From Raillietiella orientalis (taxonomy: Eukaryota), in the NCBI GenBank assembly GCA_036172245.1, contig JAYWIR010000020.1, positions 2,418,001 to 2,482,000 of the forward strand: a stretch of 64,000 nt of DNA, in the 5' to 3' direction. Below the pieces are notes generated by a model. That model had not been told where the DNA came from and made no database searches. It saw only the letters and a list, made by a program, of their open reading frames with translations. Below, one piece after another: positions 51,733-64,000 of the stretch (position 1 is the first letter of the stretch; each line of letters opens with the position of its first letter). A program made the position numbers and the translations under genes.

Positions 51733-54700
51733 AGGGTTGAGGAACTCACCCCAGTGAGTGAAATCCCCACGAGAACCCAGTGACCCCGTTCCCGAAGAAC
51801 ACCCCTGAACGTAACAGCAAGTGACGCTTAAAAACGTCTGTGAAAGTAAAACCGATTGATGGACTGTTGCACTGTCGATTGTGGTTGTAATATTTCAACT
51901 TAAAGTTGTAAAATAAATTCACTCTACCGCGATTCGGACTGGAGGAAAACAGCGGATGAGAAACGTCGTTCCCATAGATTCTCCTCCGAGGATACGGGAG
52001 CTCTGCTTCTAGCCCGATTCCCTTTTCCATCCTGTCATGCCAATCATGGACGCGGGGGAAGGACTCCCTGGCTTTGTATGCGGGAAGAGAAAGGTGATCT
52101 CCAGATCTCAGAGGAGGAAGCGTGGAGTGATGGGAGAGTCACTCTGCGAACCAGAGCGATGCCGATTCTGCTTCCAGTTTCTTGTGGTTGGTTCACAAGG
52201 TGCAAACGTGACGCTTTTCAGGAGAGGAGGACCGAGAAAGGATAACCCACAGAGGCAAGCAGAAGGAAAGCAGTCACATGAACCGCATTCCTCTTCGTAA
52301 CGCAATGGGGGAATCTTCCATGAGCATCTCCATACTGCTTTTAGCACGCAAAACGTTCCGCGTTCTTTGTTTTGCGGCACGTCGCTGGAGAAGACACGGA
52401 AGCTGTTTCCCAGAATCTTGATTGGAAAATTGGAAAACCAGAATGGTCATGGATGGCGAGGAACGGCACTGAGCACTTTGAATGGAGCTTTCGAAGAGCA
52501 GGGCAGCACTGCAGCTAACTCTGAATAATGACTTTGCAATGAGTTTCCAAAGAACACACCAGACAAGGTTCTGGGATTCCTTCTGAGGTCAAGAAGCTTC
52601 CATCAAAGATTCAGCGATTGCAGTTCCAGGCATCTCAGACTTCACAATTACTGTTTCGTTACTTTCGTTGCTGTTTCTTCTTCGTTGTTGGCATTGCACC
52701 TTATGCTTTTCAGGTTTTTTTTTCCCCTACCTTCCCCTGGATGAAAATACTGTCGAAGAATGCTGAGATCTCTCCTCTGCCCATCTCCTTTTCATCTTCT
52801 TTCATTTCGGTTTGCCGTTCGCATCCTTTTTAGACCTCCTTCCACAGTATTTCTTAGAAAACTTCCTGGTTAGTATACGTCTCTGGAGGGAGTTTTGGTG
52901 CACTTATTCTTTTCCTCTTCTGGACGAGCTGATTATTTTCAAAGAGCTTTCGAAATAATCGGTACATTTCTCGAAAGCAGTCAGGGAGATCAAGGAACGT
53001 CTGAGGCTGCTTTCAGCAAGTTGGCTTGAACGCAATCAAACTCTTCGAAGGATGCAGTTTTTCCTCTTACGGTTTGAATTTTGAAGGTCCGTCTCTCCCC
53101 TTCGACGTAAGCTTCCGGAATGGGAAATGACGGCTCAGTTTCCCACATTTTCACACAACCTCCCTCGTAAAGAGCGAGATATGGGTTGTAGCACTTCGGG
53201 TGACTGGAACTTGAGGGAACTCTTTCGAAGTTTGGATGATGCCAGGAAGGTTTTCTGGACTTGAAACTTCCTAGGTCTGACCAAAGTCCAACGCAGCACA
53301 CGCAAAGAAACGCGCAGCATACGGAAAGACACCTGTTCCGATATGACTCCGGAACAGGGAGGCTGGGGCGGGACCCAAAATTCACTTTGCATGATGCACA
53401 GCGGTGAATGCTTTCGAGTGATTCTTTCCCTCGTTAGATAGACCCATGCAATTTTTAAAAGTGGTCGAAGAAGGACCCACGGATATAGAAGAACAGACAG
53501 ACAAGCATTCCTTCAAGACATGGACTCACCAAATCTCTTGCTTTTCTTCCGAGCATGATTTTTTTACCAACGGTCAACACCACGGTGCTGTGGACAGGCG
53601 TCTTCCGGTATGCACCGAGAAATATTCCTTATTGTCGTGATTTCAGGGAATTTAGCTGTATTTATAAAGCTGAAAACTTTCCACTTTCTAGGAAGTTCTG
53701 AGAAAATTAGATGAACTTTGTAGAACAGGGATATTTTGCAATGATTGCAAAAGAGAAGCAAAGATGAAAACAAAGAACTCATGACAAGATGTTATACAGA
53801 TACAGGTCTGATATGGAACAGTCGTGACGATTCCTTCTTCTTTGTCTAATTTGCGTAAATACAATGCTTTCTCTTGTTTATGTTTGCTACCACGGGCGTT
53901 CTGGAGTTTGTGACGTCGCTGTCCAGACTACCATTACGAATAAACAAGAAATTCACTTAGACGCCAGTTGCGAGTTGCATCCCCGTCAAAGATGCAATTT
54001 TCAAAGCAACGCATGCAATAAAAAAAAAGCTGGTCGCACTACCTGCTGATAGAACGAGGGATTCTGTCTCCATCAAGTAAGACACTGTGCTTCGTGAGCT
54101 GCTCTGGGAGTCGGTTGTCACTTAAGCTTGAAGATCGAGAGAGCCCATGGATCCGATGAGTCCTAAAATTTTCCGCACCCTCCGTGTGAGTGTGCAGAAA
54201 ATTTTCTGACGATTCCTAATTTAATTCTATGACTCGGCAGTGATGATTTCATACCGAAAGGCCAACTCTTCGGTTCTGGAGATCGAAGAGATGCGGAAGA
54301 TGCAGTTTAGTTGCAGCTGCCTGATGACTTTCCATGGTTGCCGGAACTCCAATGTTTCCCCGAAAGAGCTCCCCCGCAGGCTCATCCCGCTGACCGATTT
54401 CAAAGAGAAGGGAACGCAGGAAATTTTTGCTTGGGGTTTTCGATGGGCGTGTTTGCCATGCGGGGGTGGCGAGAACGGCTCAGACATCTCCAACATTTGC
54501 TGTGATTCACCACAAGCGAAAGTGAGCTGCGTTTGAGAATGGTCAAAAATCAGAAAAATCATTCAAGAGTCTGGTGGAATGAAATACAAAATAAAAGAAA
54601 ATGCGGTTATCGAACGTTCGCATTTGTTTCTCCATCTAGGTCATTAGGTGATGACGATTTGAACTCTGAAAAAAAAAAACTGCACGAGATATAATTCCGC

Positions 54701-56486
54701 TGGAGAAGAAAAATGAAAACTCTCTAATCATTTTCCCCTTTTCTCATTGCTGGGTTTTGGTCAGTATCTGATTAACAATTATGATATCTTGTTTATCTAT
54801 ATATAGTTTACAAAGTTCTATCCGATATTTGAAAAATTCTTTCGAAAACACGCTCTTAGGGAGAAATATTGGGAACATTGATAGATTCCTGAGTAAACAC
54901 TCAAGTCTACACTGTCATTTTAATACTCCAGCATCCCTCTCGAATGCACCAATTATATTCTTGAAATCCAAAGTGTAAACAGAATCTGTGATATGAACGA
55001 AGGTTTGAATGCCAATCTACGAATACAGTTTTCAACAGACATCAGAGATTTACTTGAACCCACATATTAAGAAAAAAAAAAAAAAACTCTGCTATGCCGA
55101 ATCATCCGTTGGTTCTCTCGGTTGCTGACCTTTTTTTGCCCACTGACCATTAAGCTTTTCACTGAGGATCAGCAAAGTCATCGTTTACGTATTCCCACTG
55201 ATGTTTCTCGGAATGAAAACCATCGCAGTCAGCATAATAACCAACCTTTCCGGATTTGGCAGCGTTTTGCTGCTTATAAGACGATCATTGCAAAACTGTC
55301 CCTTGGTCGTGCTCTGCCGATGTAAGATTAATGCTCAACAGCCATAGACTCCTGTTCGGATGCAGAAGGTATTTCTGTTCTTCACCTCATTCCAAGACAA
55401 TGAACCTTGTGTAATATGAACGAATCTCTCAAGTCAGATTTCAGAAAAGAGAATTACAATGTATTATAAATTTCACAAGCTACGAGGACAGGTCTCCGAG
55501 TCCCGAAGCGAGGTTCCTCTAGGTCCCGGCATAACTTTGAATTTCATGCTGAATCCTTGAAGTGGTTAGTAGTAGTGTAAAGCAAAGAATCATCCAGGAA
55601 TCCAAGGGACCCATGCCATTTCCGCTCCTTTTTACGGAAACAGGGAAGCATGTCGACAGTGGCTTCTAGAATCTGGATTCTAGAACCACACTGATCGTGG
55701 AGCTGGAGCAGAAAGTTTAGGGACCCATTGTGCATTTCGTTTTCCTTGGTAGCAAAGCAATTTCTTTGGATTTCGGGTTTCGAAGAATCTTATGGAATTT
55801 GGAGTGGCGCTTGACGTAATGCAGAAGATAGTCAATGCAAGAGCCTTAGATGGATCTCTAGAAATTCTTGTCATCATCATCTTATCATGATCATCTTATT
55901 GAGATTCTATGATCTGTTCTCGATAATGATGAGGATGAGAATCCTTTAAATAAAAATCCTCAATTTTATTTCCCATCTTTGTTTTACCTTCGATCGATCC
56001 ATGCAGAGCATCATCACCCAAAACAGAAAAAAAAGGTGCTTTGGCAAAGGGAGGTAAAAAGTTTCGATTGGAAATTACGGGTATGATTCCTATGGCTCTG
56101 AAACATTCCTTGGAATATTTGCATCGTGAAACAAACAGCGAAGAACACAGCTAAGCTTTCGAAACGTCCTTCTGGTCCAGTTCGTCGATCGTGGCTGGTG
56201 GAAGCAAACGTTGTTTGCCGTCCCTAACACATCTGGTCATCTGATTACACAAAGTGGAAAGATACCAACTGCCGTGCGCTCTACAGAGAGTCCACCCCTT
56301 ATAATGGACAACATGTTGCAGCGACTGGTTGCTGGAAAGGGAAAACAAATAGATGAACAAATGGGAACGAACTACAAAATCCTCCCTCCCCCCCCAAAAA
56401 AAGGCAGAAATCCTAGATCTGTATGGAAAAACATGCTCTAACAGACAGTTAAACACGCTGTGATACAAACCGTGTATTTACAGTTG

Positions 56487-56883
56487 ATGGAAGATGTAAC
56501 GTTTATGTTCCAAGCAGGATTAGTGAAAGATGCCATTACTGTTAATAAGAGTTTTTTGAATCTAAAAACTTTGAAGGATCTGGCTTGTGATTTCATCAAT
56601 GAAAAGTTTCATGACCATGGATTGAGCCACTTATTTGATAGATTGTTACTGTTTAAACGACTACAATTCCCCTAATTTGCTCCAACTAATAAAAACCATA
56701 TCAGAGATTGTTGATGAAGTTATTATTGAGATTGTAGTGACAGGAAAAGTGCTGTCTAGTGATAGTGAATCCGTGATCGAAACATATCCTCATAGTTTGG
56801 TAGTTCATCAGTACAAATCACCAACATTTTGTGATCACTGTGGTATTCTCATTGGGTTCATCAAACAAGGTTTAAAATGCTCT
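56487..56883 (+). pseudogene. PKD: Protein kinase D (PKD/PRKD) N-terminal fragment: ubiquitin-like domain plus partial C1a, frameshifted and truncated
   Basis: MEDVTFMFQAGLVKD...[32 protein letters not shown], then after a frameshift near 56657, [28 protein letters not shown]...[32 protein letters not shown]. This matches the PKD pattern LLF(R/K)HD...PH.L.VHSY..P.FCD.CGE.L.GLV.QGLKC. The Glu of CGE is missing and similarity stops after KC. Confidence 0.9.
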
Positions 56884-57897
56884 CAGAAATTTCAGTTACA
56901 TCACACAATTGTGCCATCAATCTGACCGACCACGACTGCATCCCGCTTTTATCACCGCTACTGTATTGTCAGTTATCCAGCTTAGTCGATGGTCAAGCAG
57001 TTATCAAGAGGATCTGCCACGTTCCATCCTTGTTCATCCCTCTTTTCATTTGAGAGAGGGGGGGAGGGGTCGAGGAAATCAGATCTTTTCACGATGGTGC
57101 ATTTCAGAGCCACACTCACAGATTCAAGTAGCTTTATCACTGAGACATACCCGCTTTGCATCAGGCAGTTTTCTCTCTCATGCTTGGGTGCTTAAGAGGC
57201 TGTTTCCACAGAAACACATGCGGTAAGCACCTAACAGCGATTCCTTGTTCTCGAACCTCCGAAAACCTAAGCCAAGGCAATGTAAGATTAGTTTTACCTA
57301 AACGCTCAGTATTTACGATTATGATTGTAAATCCGTAATGTAGCAAATTAATTGGTGACTCAAGCATTTGGAGCCGTCTCTTCTCCTGCTAAAGTTCCTT
57401 TTACAACTAGTAATTATGTTTTGCCTTCCACGTTTCTCGAGGGCACTCGTGGTCTTCGGAGGAATCGTCAACAGCTAATTCTGCAGGTAATTTAGAGAGA
57501 ACAATTCTTTAGATACTTTAGAGCGAATCAAGATCTACTGCTTGCTGAACGCATTTTTAAGTTGAGAGGATTTTCCGTTTGTTTCGAAGAGCACCTTTTC
57601 GCCATTTCAATGAAGAAATCCCTCGCTTTGAGTCGCTCAATTTCTGGTTTCTTGTACAAAAAAAAGGGAAAAAAAATTGATGCTCGTAATTAGAAAACGA
57701 ACTCGTCAAGAAGTTTCGCTATCCAAGTAAAATGCTTAGAATTTCGGAGGAGGAACTTGGTGGGAGAGAATCCACCCTTTTTGATTCAGAGCCGTACTAA
57801 TCAACGATACGTGAAGATTGAAACCAACGGCCTAAGAGAGGTCGTGGGGAGAACAGAAGGTAGGGATCGAGAAAGAAATTAATTTCTCAGTACGTTC

Positions 57898-58575
57898 CAG
57901 GGTTGCCAGCTTAGAGGTTTTCCAGCTGGATCTAACCTTTGGGGAAAGCCCATCCAGCGGCTAAAAATTATTTCATCTCGCCGGGCGGGAACTCTGGAGG
58001 TTTTGAAATCGCTGGCCGCCGCCGAATTTTGCAGATTCTTCGAGGCTGCAAAGGAAACTTTCAGTTATGGATGTTGCAGATAGTCTGGAATAGAATTCGG
58101 GATATTTGATCCACCCCTGTTTCCATCATGGCGGACGCGGAGTCACATTAATGGATTATTGCGTTGTCGATAAAGATCTGTAGACGAAAACGACTTCTTT
58201 ATCATTAAAATATTTTCATATTGAAACTGTGATTGCTGCAGTCCAGCGGCAACTAGCCGGGATATTTAATTACAAATTCTGACGTTTCCTTTCAATTACA
58301 GGTAATGCAAGACCGTCAGTGCGGCACTCTCCTTGCAAACAAATAGAAGGCGTGCAGCAGAAGCTGCATAACAGAAATCGCACGTGATTCATTGCTAGTT
58401 TGCTATTGAATCTGAAGATTCAGTGGCATGAAATGATTTAATCGTAATGATAATAAATTCCTGTTAATTCCTGGGTGTTAAAGTTAAAAATTTTTTTCCT
58501 TTTTTTGGGAAAATCGCAACTTTTTTCGAAGGCTATCTAGAAGCGGGATTTCGCTAACTTCTGTTGGCAACCCTG
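57898..58575. mobile_element. Non-autonomous DNA transposon (MITE), hAT- or P-like, 678 bp
   Basis: The TIR CAGGGTTGCCA at 57898-57908 is matched by TGGCAACCCTG at 58565-58575. An exact 8-bp target-site duplication GTACGTTC flanks it (57890-57897 and 58576-58583). There is no internal ORF >=60 aa. Confidence 0.9.
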
Positions 58576-58684
58576 GTACGTTCCGACTTCGGCTTGACCT
58601 GAACGAAAAAGCCAGTCCTGTAAGCTCTTAGGTCTTTTTATGTGGTCTTTTTCCCTTTCATCTCATTCGCTTTCTGTAGTGTTT

Positions 58685-58688
<4 letters not shown>

Positions 58689-58722
<34 letters not shown>
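58689..58722. repeat. (TG)17 microsatellite
   Basis: Perfect TG dinucleotide run. Confidence 0.95.
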
Positions 58723-58723
<1 letters not shown>

Positions 58724-59769
58724 TGTTTGTAGATTTTACCTGCCCTCAAAGTACTCTGCCCATCTGTCTAATGTGTGCTGTCAGCCTGTTCTCTCTGTTT
58801 CATCCGAAGTTACCGAATTCTTTCGAATTCGCTTCCATTTCCATAAAGACTTACGTCCACCGCATTTGTGGATGTGGATTTGAATGATCCTTCTAAGTGC
58901 ATTGACCACCAGTTTCAAACGAGAAGATTCCTGGCTCCTTTCCTACTTGAGGGAATTTCTTTGAGCGAATGCGGAATGATGAGCATATCGTGCATTTTGG
59001 CAGTGGATGGAAAGCAAAGCAGGCGATTTCATACTCCTATCTTGTCTTTTTTCTTTCTCTTATGTTTTTTGGCAGTCTTCCTTGCATCCTGCAACCTCGC
59101 AACAACTGGGAGGCATCAGGATACTCTCAGGAATCCCAAGCACTTTGACTGCCTCATCCATCACGCATGCTGCACGCAGATTTCGATCCGAGGAGTAGTA
59201 AGTGGGGAATCATGACGACATATTTGTTCCCTAGACGTTTACAGGAAGCACATACCGCTCTATCATCGACGCCCACCAGAATTCAGGGAAAACTTGGAGA
59301 AGGCTGGAGTTTCGGCAGCCGTGTGGGGATCTGAGGGAACGAGAAAAGAAAAAAAGAAAAAGGCAAAAAAGTGCAAAAGTTCCCATTTCCGTTCAATGCA
59401 TACAGGACGACTTTTGGGTTTCCTGCATCTCCAGCAGATTTCTTAATAAAGTGGTGAAGATCCGTTTCCAAAGTAACGAATCCAACATACACGAAACTCC
59501 GTAGACGTAATCTTTTACGAGGTCCCCATATTCCTGGTTTCTTTCGATGTCGAGATGCATGGTTTACGCTCCCGATTCTTTTTCCTTCTTTCTACATCGA
59601 CTTTACGTAGCAGCTTCTTTCCTCACAGTGCCTGGCCTTCTGCAGCGCATGAAACTTGAATCCCCCAAAATCACATTCGTGGCTTCAGACATTACAAGTC
59701 ATTACCTCTCAGTATCCATTCCTTTGGGGATTTCAGCAAAGAACCGAGGGGGAAATCTAAAAAGGAGCA

Positions 59770-61400
59770 GCAATGCATTCCCTTAGCTGTCTCCCACCAG
59801 TCCGCAAGCAGCGGGGAGCCACTACCTCTTCAAGGACTTCAGTCTTATCTTGGTACTTTCGCGGTGACTTTCATAGGGATGAAAGGTTCTGCTGGAAGTG
59901 CCGCATACTGATAATTTTGAACTTTCCCTCTCTACGGTCCTGTGTTCTTCCTAGGGTGCATCCTTCCACGAACACTCGGATGTTCTCCTTTGACTCCCCC
60001 TGCCAAGACTGGACCAATACCCTGGTTCCTGTCAGGTCCTCGATTTTCCTTCTCCCTGCCTCTCCTCCTTCGGACGCTTCTGGCATTCTGGTCCTCGGTC
60101 ATCGCCTCCTGTCTTCAACGCATGCGGCAAATCTCGCATCGGCGTGCGACAGCGGCAGTGCCGTTCCGCTTCCTTGAGCACTCCTCAAGCACACGAGATG
60201 AGATGACCTTGGGCGAAGAAGAAGAGGGACTGCCTTTTCATCCGCTTTGCCGGGCGGGCTGTTTCCCTGCTACATGAGAGTGATGCAGTCTTCTCTGGTG
60301 GCCTCAGGGACCACTGGTGGGTGAGCGTGAGGCCAGAAGTTGCTGGGCGTCTGCGGCTGCAGCAAGTCCACTCCACGAGTCACACGCGTGAAGACACGGA
60401 GGCAGGTTCCTGACTCCAAAGAGATTGAGACAGCTGTAGCGGTACATTTGTACCCCGGCAGTAGCAAGGAACCTCGCGATGTCCGTCCGAACGCGGACCA
60501 GCGCCCCAGAGATGCCGGGGAGGAAGGGAGGCTCGCCAGAGGGCGCGTCAGCAAGTGCCCCGCGGGGCGCAGTGCAGGTGTTCGCACGCCTAAAAGCCGC
60601 TTGAGTTTACGCCTGCGTGCCCTTATTATAAAGGCATCTGGGTCCAAAGGACCATCTCCTCATGGAGGTGGCCGATGCAGTCACTTGAGATGCCAAGTTT
60701 CAGGGGGAGATCCCCCCTTCCAGACCTAGAAACGCGCGACGTAGGCTTGAGGTCCGAAAATCCATCCATGCTGGTTTCGAGCTTTTCCTTCCTATGCTTT
60801 TTCGACAGCACCCGCAGAGCCGATCGAGAAGCAAGTGACTACTTTGCCGCCGGGGTTTTCGAATCTGTACGTGCAAAAAAGAAAAAAAAAGAAGCATCGC
60901 TGCACCCACATCTTCCCCACAGCGCTGAGAATGTGACCGTAGCCACATGACCTCCCGCTGGCGGCCACGTGGCAACAATGGTCTCCTCAAGCGATGTTGA
61001 GCATTGTATGTTCCAATCCCCACGTAGAGGATCGGAGTCGGGAAGGAGGGTGAGTTTACGAGTCCCCTCCCGCAAGGTGACGCTGGTCGGCCTTATGGGC
61101 TTGGGGTACGGCTCTGGTGGAAGCTGAATGTCTCCGTTAAACAGTCCGGGATTGCAAGTTGACCTTCCGGGATCCCTCCAGGAATCAAAGAGCTGTTTAG
61201 TTCCCTACGAAGTTCCTTGCCGGTTGTAAAAACGGAGCCCCCCTTCAGGCGGAAACCCTCCATCGCGTTCCATGAAACCGGACAATGTTTGTCCAGAGCG
61301 TCAAGAAGTATGCTGTTCCCTTCGGGGAGCTTCCCTCCAGGGAAAGTGGGAAGCGTCCCTTCGGATTCTCTTCGGAGGAGGAAGAAATAAGTAACTGATC
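59770..61400 (-). mobile_element. Degenerate LINE ORF2 from the endonuclease start to RT
   Basis: Motifs in order: VSWNAMEG (SWNV.G, ~61270), GDWN (~61015), DPDAF (GPDG-like, ~60640) and FAACVED (YADD region, ~60120). Confidence 0.65.
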
Positions 61401-62330
61401 CTTTCTGTGGTTTCCTCCGCAGAAGAAACAACGAGTGACCCCTCTGGAGAGAATAAGGAAGAGGTCCCATCCTGGTTCCCTTGGGAGTCAACCTCCTGCT
61501 GTTGCACTGGAATCTTCCCTTCGGTCTTCCCACCTACATCAGTGGACGCGGGGGAGTGCGAGTCTGGACTGTCGCAGGCGCGGGGAACGAGTCCCTCCAG
61601 CACCTACTTGTGGACCGCATTGCCCTCCCGCCCCTGTGGGAACGTTTCGGGAAGACCCTACGGACCCCGGTTGGCGGCCCCAGGGGCTCCTCTTCGTGCG
61701 GGACGTCCTGTCTCCAGCCGCAGCCTTAGCAGCAGCAGCCGGCTTGTGGCAGCCTGGAGCGGCGCACAAGGAGGATCATGCGAGAGGGATGTCATCAAGT
61801 GCGACGTCACTTCCACTTTCTGCGCGGGGTAGCAGGATGGTTCTACCTGGGTGCAGTTAGGACCGACCTAGCCTGCATGTTGGAAAGGATGCAGACGACG
61901 TCCTCCAGAGGGCAGTGACCCCTTCCCAGCCCTCCAGTTTTCTTCGTTTTTCTTTCGTGAGCATCTCTCTTTTTCCTTCCGTTTTCTCCTCCCGTCCGCT
62001 CCCTAGTCGAACCTCACCCGGTCTGCGGAATGGCAGCCCGGCGAGTCCATGGACAAACCGAGCGTGGTAGGACCACGCATCCTACAATAATTTTCGAGTT
62101 TCTTTTGCATTTTAATGAACGCCCCGGCGTGACTGGGTGGAAACCGGAGACAACCAGGTAGAGGGTTCCCTTCGGGATTGCGTCTCAAGGATCAGAAAGG
62201 AACGGACTCCTTCCTCAGGATCTCTTCCTGGATTCCTAGATTAGTCCTCCCAAGATTACCTCGTAACCGGAACAGTCCCGCGCTCCACTCGAATGTGTTC
62301 AGGAGATTCGTGAGTCCCCCTGAAGAGTCC
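61400..62330. mobile_element. LINE mosaic: minus-strand C-terminal scrap, plus-strand 3' terminus (~61940-62139), minus-strand endonuclease start (62140-62330)
   Basis: AACGCCCCGGCGTGACTGGGTG at 62118-62139 matches 10066-10087 at 20/22 nt. GIQEEIL lies in minus ORF 62192-62395. Confidence 0.65.
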
Positions 62331-63549
62331 AACGGTTCTTCGGCACTTTGCGTATCAGAAAAAAGAATGCGACTTCCTCTTCCAGATTCTGCCACTTCTG
62401 GGGATAGCGCTCTTCCTCAACTGAAGCTTTTCAAGAAAGTCTACGTTCGTCGGCGACACAAGAACGATCGGGCGGTTCAGTGAAATCCATGCATCCGAAT
62501 GCGTTGATGACTTTGGGAAGACAAAAGTAGGGATGCTGGATTTTTAATGCGTACACGTTTTGTGTATGTTGTGCAGCGTAACAATTAAAACATGTACATA
62601 ACATACTCGTTTCCTCCGAGTCCTACTTACCAATTCACCGTTACAAATAGAGCGCATAGGGGTCGCCAGAGTGCGTTAGGGCGCCAAAACACCCACAGAC
62701 GTTCCTGCTAGGTTGGAATAAAAAAATCATGAATATTGACCACACATCGTTGCCGCCTTCCCGAAGATGGAACCCAAGGCTTCTCATCCGCAACACTTTA
62801 GGGCACCGAGAGGAGGTTGACACTCTCCCTGACAAAGATTGATACTTTAGGGCATTGCAATTGAGTGACCGCGATATCTTGAAATTGCGAAATCATTTCG
62901 TAGAGTGCTCATCGGAGACTCTCTAACGATCTCTAAGTGCACGAGGTGTCCGGATCCAACGCATTGGATGCATTGAAGGTTTCAGTTTGTTACAGAAACT
63001 TTTATTGCTTTTTAGCGGCAAACAGCGCCGCAGCATTGCTATGGGACCCATCCCTGATGCATCTGCATGCGACTCTTCTGAAAGCACTTTCGTAGTTTTT
63101 GGATCCACTTTATTGACATGCAAAGTCTTCTTCTAAGGACCTGGTTAAGAAATGCATTCACACTCTGATGCCAACCAGTGGGATTGGAAGGCCAGGTTAA
63201 ACATGCCTTTGAGTGGAAGAGATGAAGCGGACTGCTTAGTAATGCAAGCTGCTTCTCGAAATGACTACATTGTCTGTCATACGTCTGCCCTTCCTTATGA
63301 ATATTTAAGATGCTAGCCGTCTTCGAAATCAAGGATGGACTGTTAAAAGGAAAAGTAAATGTCTTCATCCATATTCCATTTATGGACGAGCTGCTTTTTT
63401 TCCTGTGTGTGTTTTCTTAGTCTGGAATTGATAACAGTGAAAATAACACTAAGGAAAAGAAGGACATTGCTTGTGTGAAGGGTAAAGGACTGAAGACGAA
63501 GAGCTTGTTTGATCGAGGAATAGAGAGTAAGGAGAGTAGAAAGATGGTT

Positions 63550-64000
63550 TCTTCAATGGGTGGTGTCAGGTCCTAAGAAGGAAAAGACTGATGGTTTTCC
63601 TGAAGACCAACGAGGCGTTCGATTTGGGGAACTTCCAGAAAGGGCACTGCAGAATGTCAAGAATGCTACCGAGCAAAGCATCACAAGGTTGCACAATTTC
63701 AAGTGGGTTGAGGAAAGAGAAACTCCCTTTAAGCAGAGATGCAAAATATGGTGAAAATGGTGCAAGCTGCGTGACGTCTGTGTGATACTCCCATCAATAC
63801 TCTCCGATGCTCCAAGGGGGTGAACGGTTCTTGGATACTTGGAGAACGATAGGAGAGGGGCTCGCCATTCCGACATGGAGAGGAAGATTTCTTCGCGTGA
63901 TCCCGCTCCTGAGGAACCCCTGACCACGGGATCAGGCAAAGCCGACGCGGCCTGCCTCTTGGCATCCCGGGAACATCTTTCGGATTGAGCATACCGCCCC
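63550..64000 (+). mobile_element. Degenerate RT fragment running off the window end
   Basis: VFLKTNEAFDLG resembles the RT motif LD..KAFD.V; the tail is GC-rich. Confidence 0.4.

Noticed and set aside
51744..51800. Strong GTGAGT donor upstream of the minus-strand Tweedle gene as a coding first exon
   Set aside because: No in-frame ATG occurs before a stop in the required phase; at most it is a 5' UTR splice site.
1..64000. Prokaryotic operon, defence system, rRNA or CRISPR array
   Set aside because: Low coding density, spliceosomal introns, homopolymer runs and LINE debris indicate animal nuclear DNA, and no such signatures were seen.

Overview
This is eukaryotic, repeat-rich genomic DNA, most likely from an arthropod and possibly a crustacean (inferred from the gene families present). 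Most ORFs in the supplied track are spurious or are scraps of decayed retroelements. The supportable content is as follows. (1) Two convergently oriented, intron-containing Tweedle-family (DUF243) cuticle protein genes at ~43.2-44.4 kb (+) and ~50.5-51.7 kb (-); the second has a very His-rich segment. (2) A frameshifted, 3'-truncated, AT-rich copy of the N-terminus of protein kinase D (ubiquitin-like domain plus C1a) at ~56.5-56.9 kb. (3) A 678-bp MITE with 11-bp TIRs and an exact 8-bp TSD at 57.9-58.6 kb. (4) Many GC-rich, degenerate fragments of an L1/Tx1-type non-LTR retrotransposon family. These are stacked and nested in both orientations, and share a conserved non-poly(A) 3' terminus that twice abuts the endonuclease region of an oppositely oriented copy. 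(5) Weaker pseudogene traces (trypsin-like, LRR, FN3, possible ionotropic receptor) and several short perfect hairpins. I found no rRNA, tRNA, CRISPR array or prokaryotic system. I cannot claim a new biological system; the best leads are the LINE nesting pattern, the PKD fragment and the Tweedle pair.
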